DNA of 64,000 nt from the human T2T-CHM13v2.0 reference genome, Homo sapiens, in contig CP068257.2 in the NCBI GenBank assembly GCA_009914755.4, forward strand, positions 37,248,001 through 37,312,000, given 5' to 3'. Positions 63,294-64,000 of the stretch are shown one piece after another. Each line of letters starts with the position of its first letter. Position 1 is the first letter of the stretch. Under the pieces are notes generated by a model that worked only from the letters and a program-made list of their open reading frames with translations, was not told the DNA's origin and did no database searches. A program made the translations under genes and the position numbers.

Positions 63294-63682
63294 AAGTGTG
63301 TCTCCCAAAATTGATATGTTGAAGCCTTAACCCATGGTAGCTCAGAATGTGACTCTGTTTGGACATGGGGTCTTCAGAGGGGTAACTAAAGTAAAGTAAC
63401 GCTATTTGGGTGAGGCCCTAATCCAGTCTGACTGGTGTCCTCATAAGAAGAGGAGACAGAAACATACACAGAGGGATGAGCCTGTGAGGACACAGGGAGA
63501 GGACGGCATCTATGAGTCGAGGAGAGAGACCTCAGGAGAAATCTACCAGTCAGGAGAAACCAACCCTGCCACACTTTGGTCTTGGACTCCAGCCTCCAGA
63601 ACTGGGAGACAATAAATTTCTGCTGTTTAAGACAGCCAGTCTGTGGTTCTTTGTTATGGCAGCCTTGGCAAACTAATCCCAC
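63294..63682 (+). mobile_element. ERVL-MaLR LTR (MLT1-like)
   Basis: gtgtgtctcccaaaattgatatgttgaagccttaacccatggtagctcagaatgtgactctgtttggacatggggtcttcagaggggtaactaaagtaaagtaacgctatttgggtgaggccctaatccagtctgactggtgtcctcataagaagaggagacagaaacatacacagagggatg... to ...cttggactccagcctccagaactgggagacaataaatttctgctgtttaagacagccagtctgtggttctttgttatggcagccttggcaaactaatccca. Confidence 0.7.
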
Positions 63683-64000
63683 ATGCTTAGAGCTACGAGG
63701 GGTTCAGATATTCTCCTGTGCAACCTGCCCCCCAGGGTCACCATCTCTTTTATGGACACACTCTGAGAAGCCATCAGTCACTGTTGGGGATGGAGACCTC
63801 ACTACGTCTCAAAGAAATTGTTTAGCATGGTATATTAGCTTTATCTTGCTGCTGTAACAAATTATTTTAATCTTGGGTGTTTAAGGAAATAGCAATTTAT
63901 CCTCTCATGGTCCAAAACCAGTTTCCCTGGGCTAGCACCCTCCAAGGGCTGTGGTGGAGAATCTGTTTCCTTGCCTTTCCCAGCATCTAGAGCTACATCC

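Overview
This window is human (primate) genomic DNA, not a prokaryotic locus. It is repeat-dense and non-coding. I recognise at least 13 Alu or Alu-monomer copies. Several have intact poly-A (or AAAT/AAAAT) tails and target-site duplications (TSDs). There are multiple LINE-1 fragments on both strands, ERVL-MaLR solo LTRs (THE1/MST/MLT1 type), MIR/L2 relics, a Tigger-type MITE and many microsatellites. None of the six-frame ORFs looks like a real gene. Almost every ORF of 60 aa or more lies inside an Alu, an L1, an LTR or a low-complexity tract. The only recognisable protein similarity is a decayed L1 ORF2 (RT) remnant. I see no rRNA, tRNA or CRISPR array and no prokaryotic-style operon. The main non-TE features are: (i) a ~1.63 kb strand-asymmetric CA-rich cryptic repeat at 49461-51092, followed by a CT tract and preceded by a CpG-enriched GC block; (ii) a ~330 bp pure-purine GGAA-type tract at 53270-53602; (iii) clean nested TE insertions, namely a THE1 LTR inside an MST-type LTR with a perfect 5-bp TSD, and a MaLR LTR splitting an Alu; (iv) two copies of a ~530 bp LTR-like repeat in the same orientation 5.7 kb apart; (v) a C-rich i-motif/G4-prone tract; and (vi) young AluY-like insertions with perfect 13-18 bp TSDs. 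All coordinates are approximate (about ±5-20 bp for TE boundaries) and family names are from memory of consensus sequences, not from a database search.
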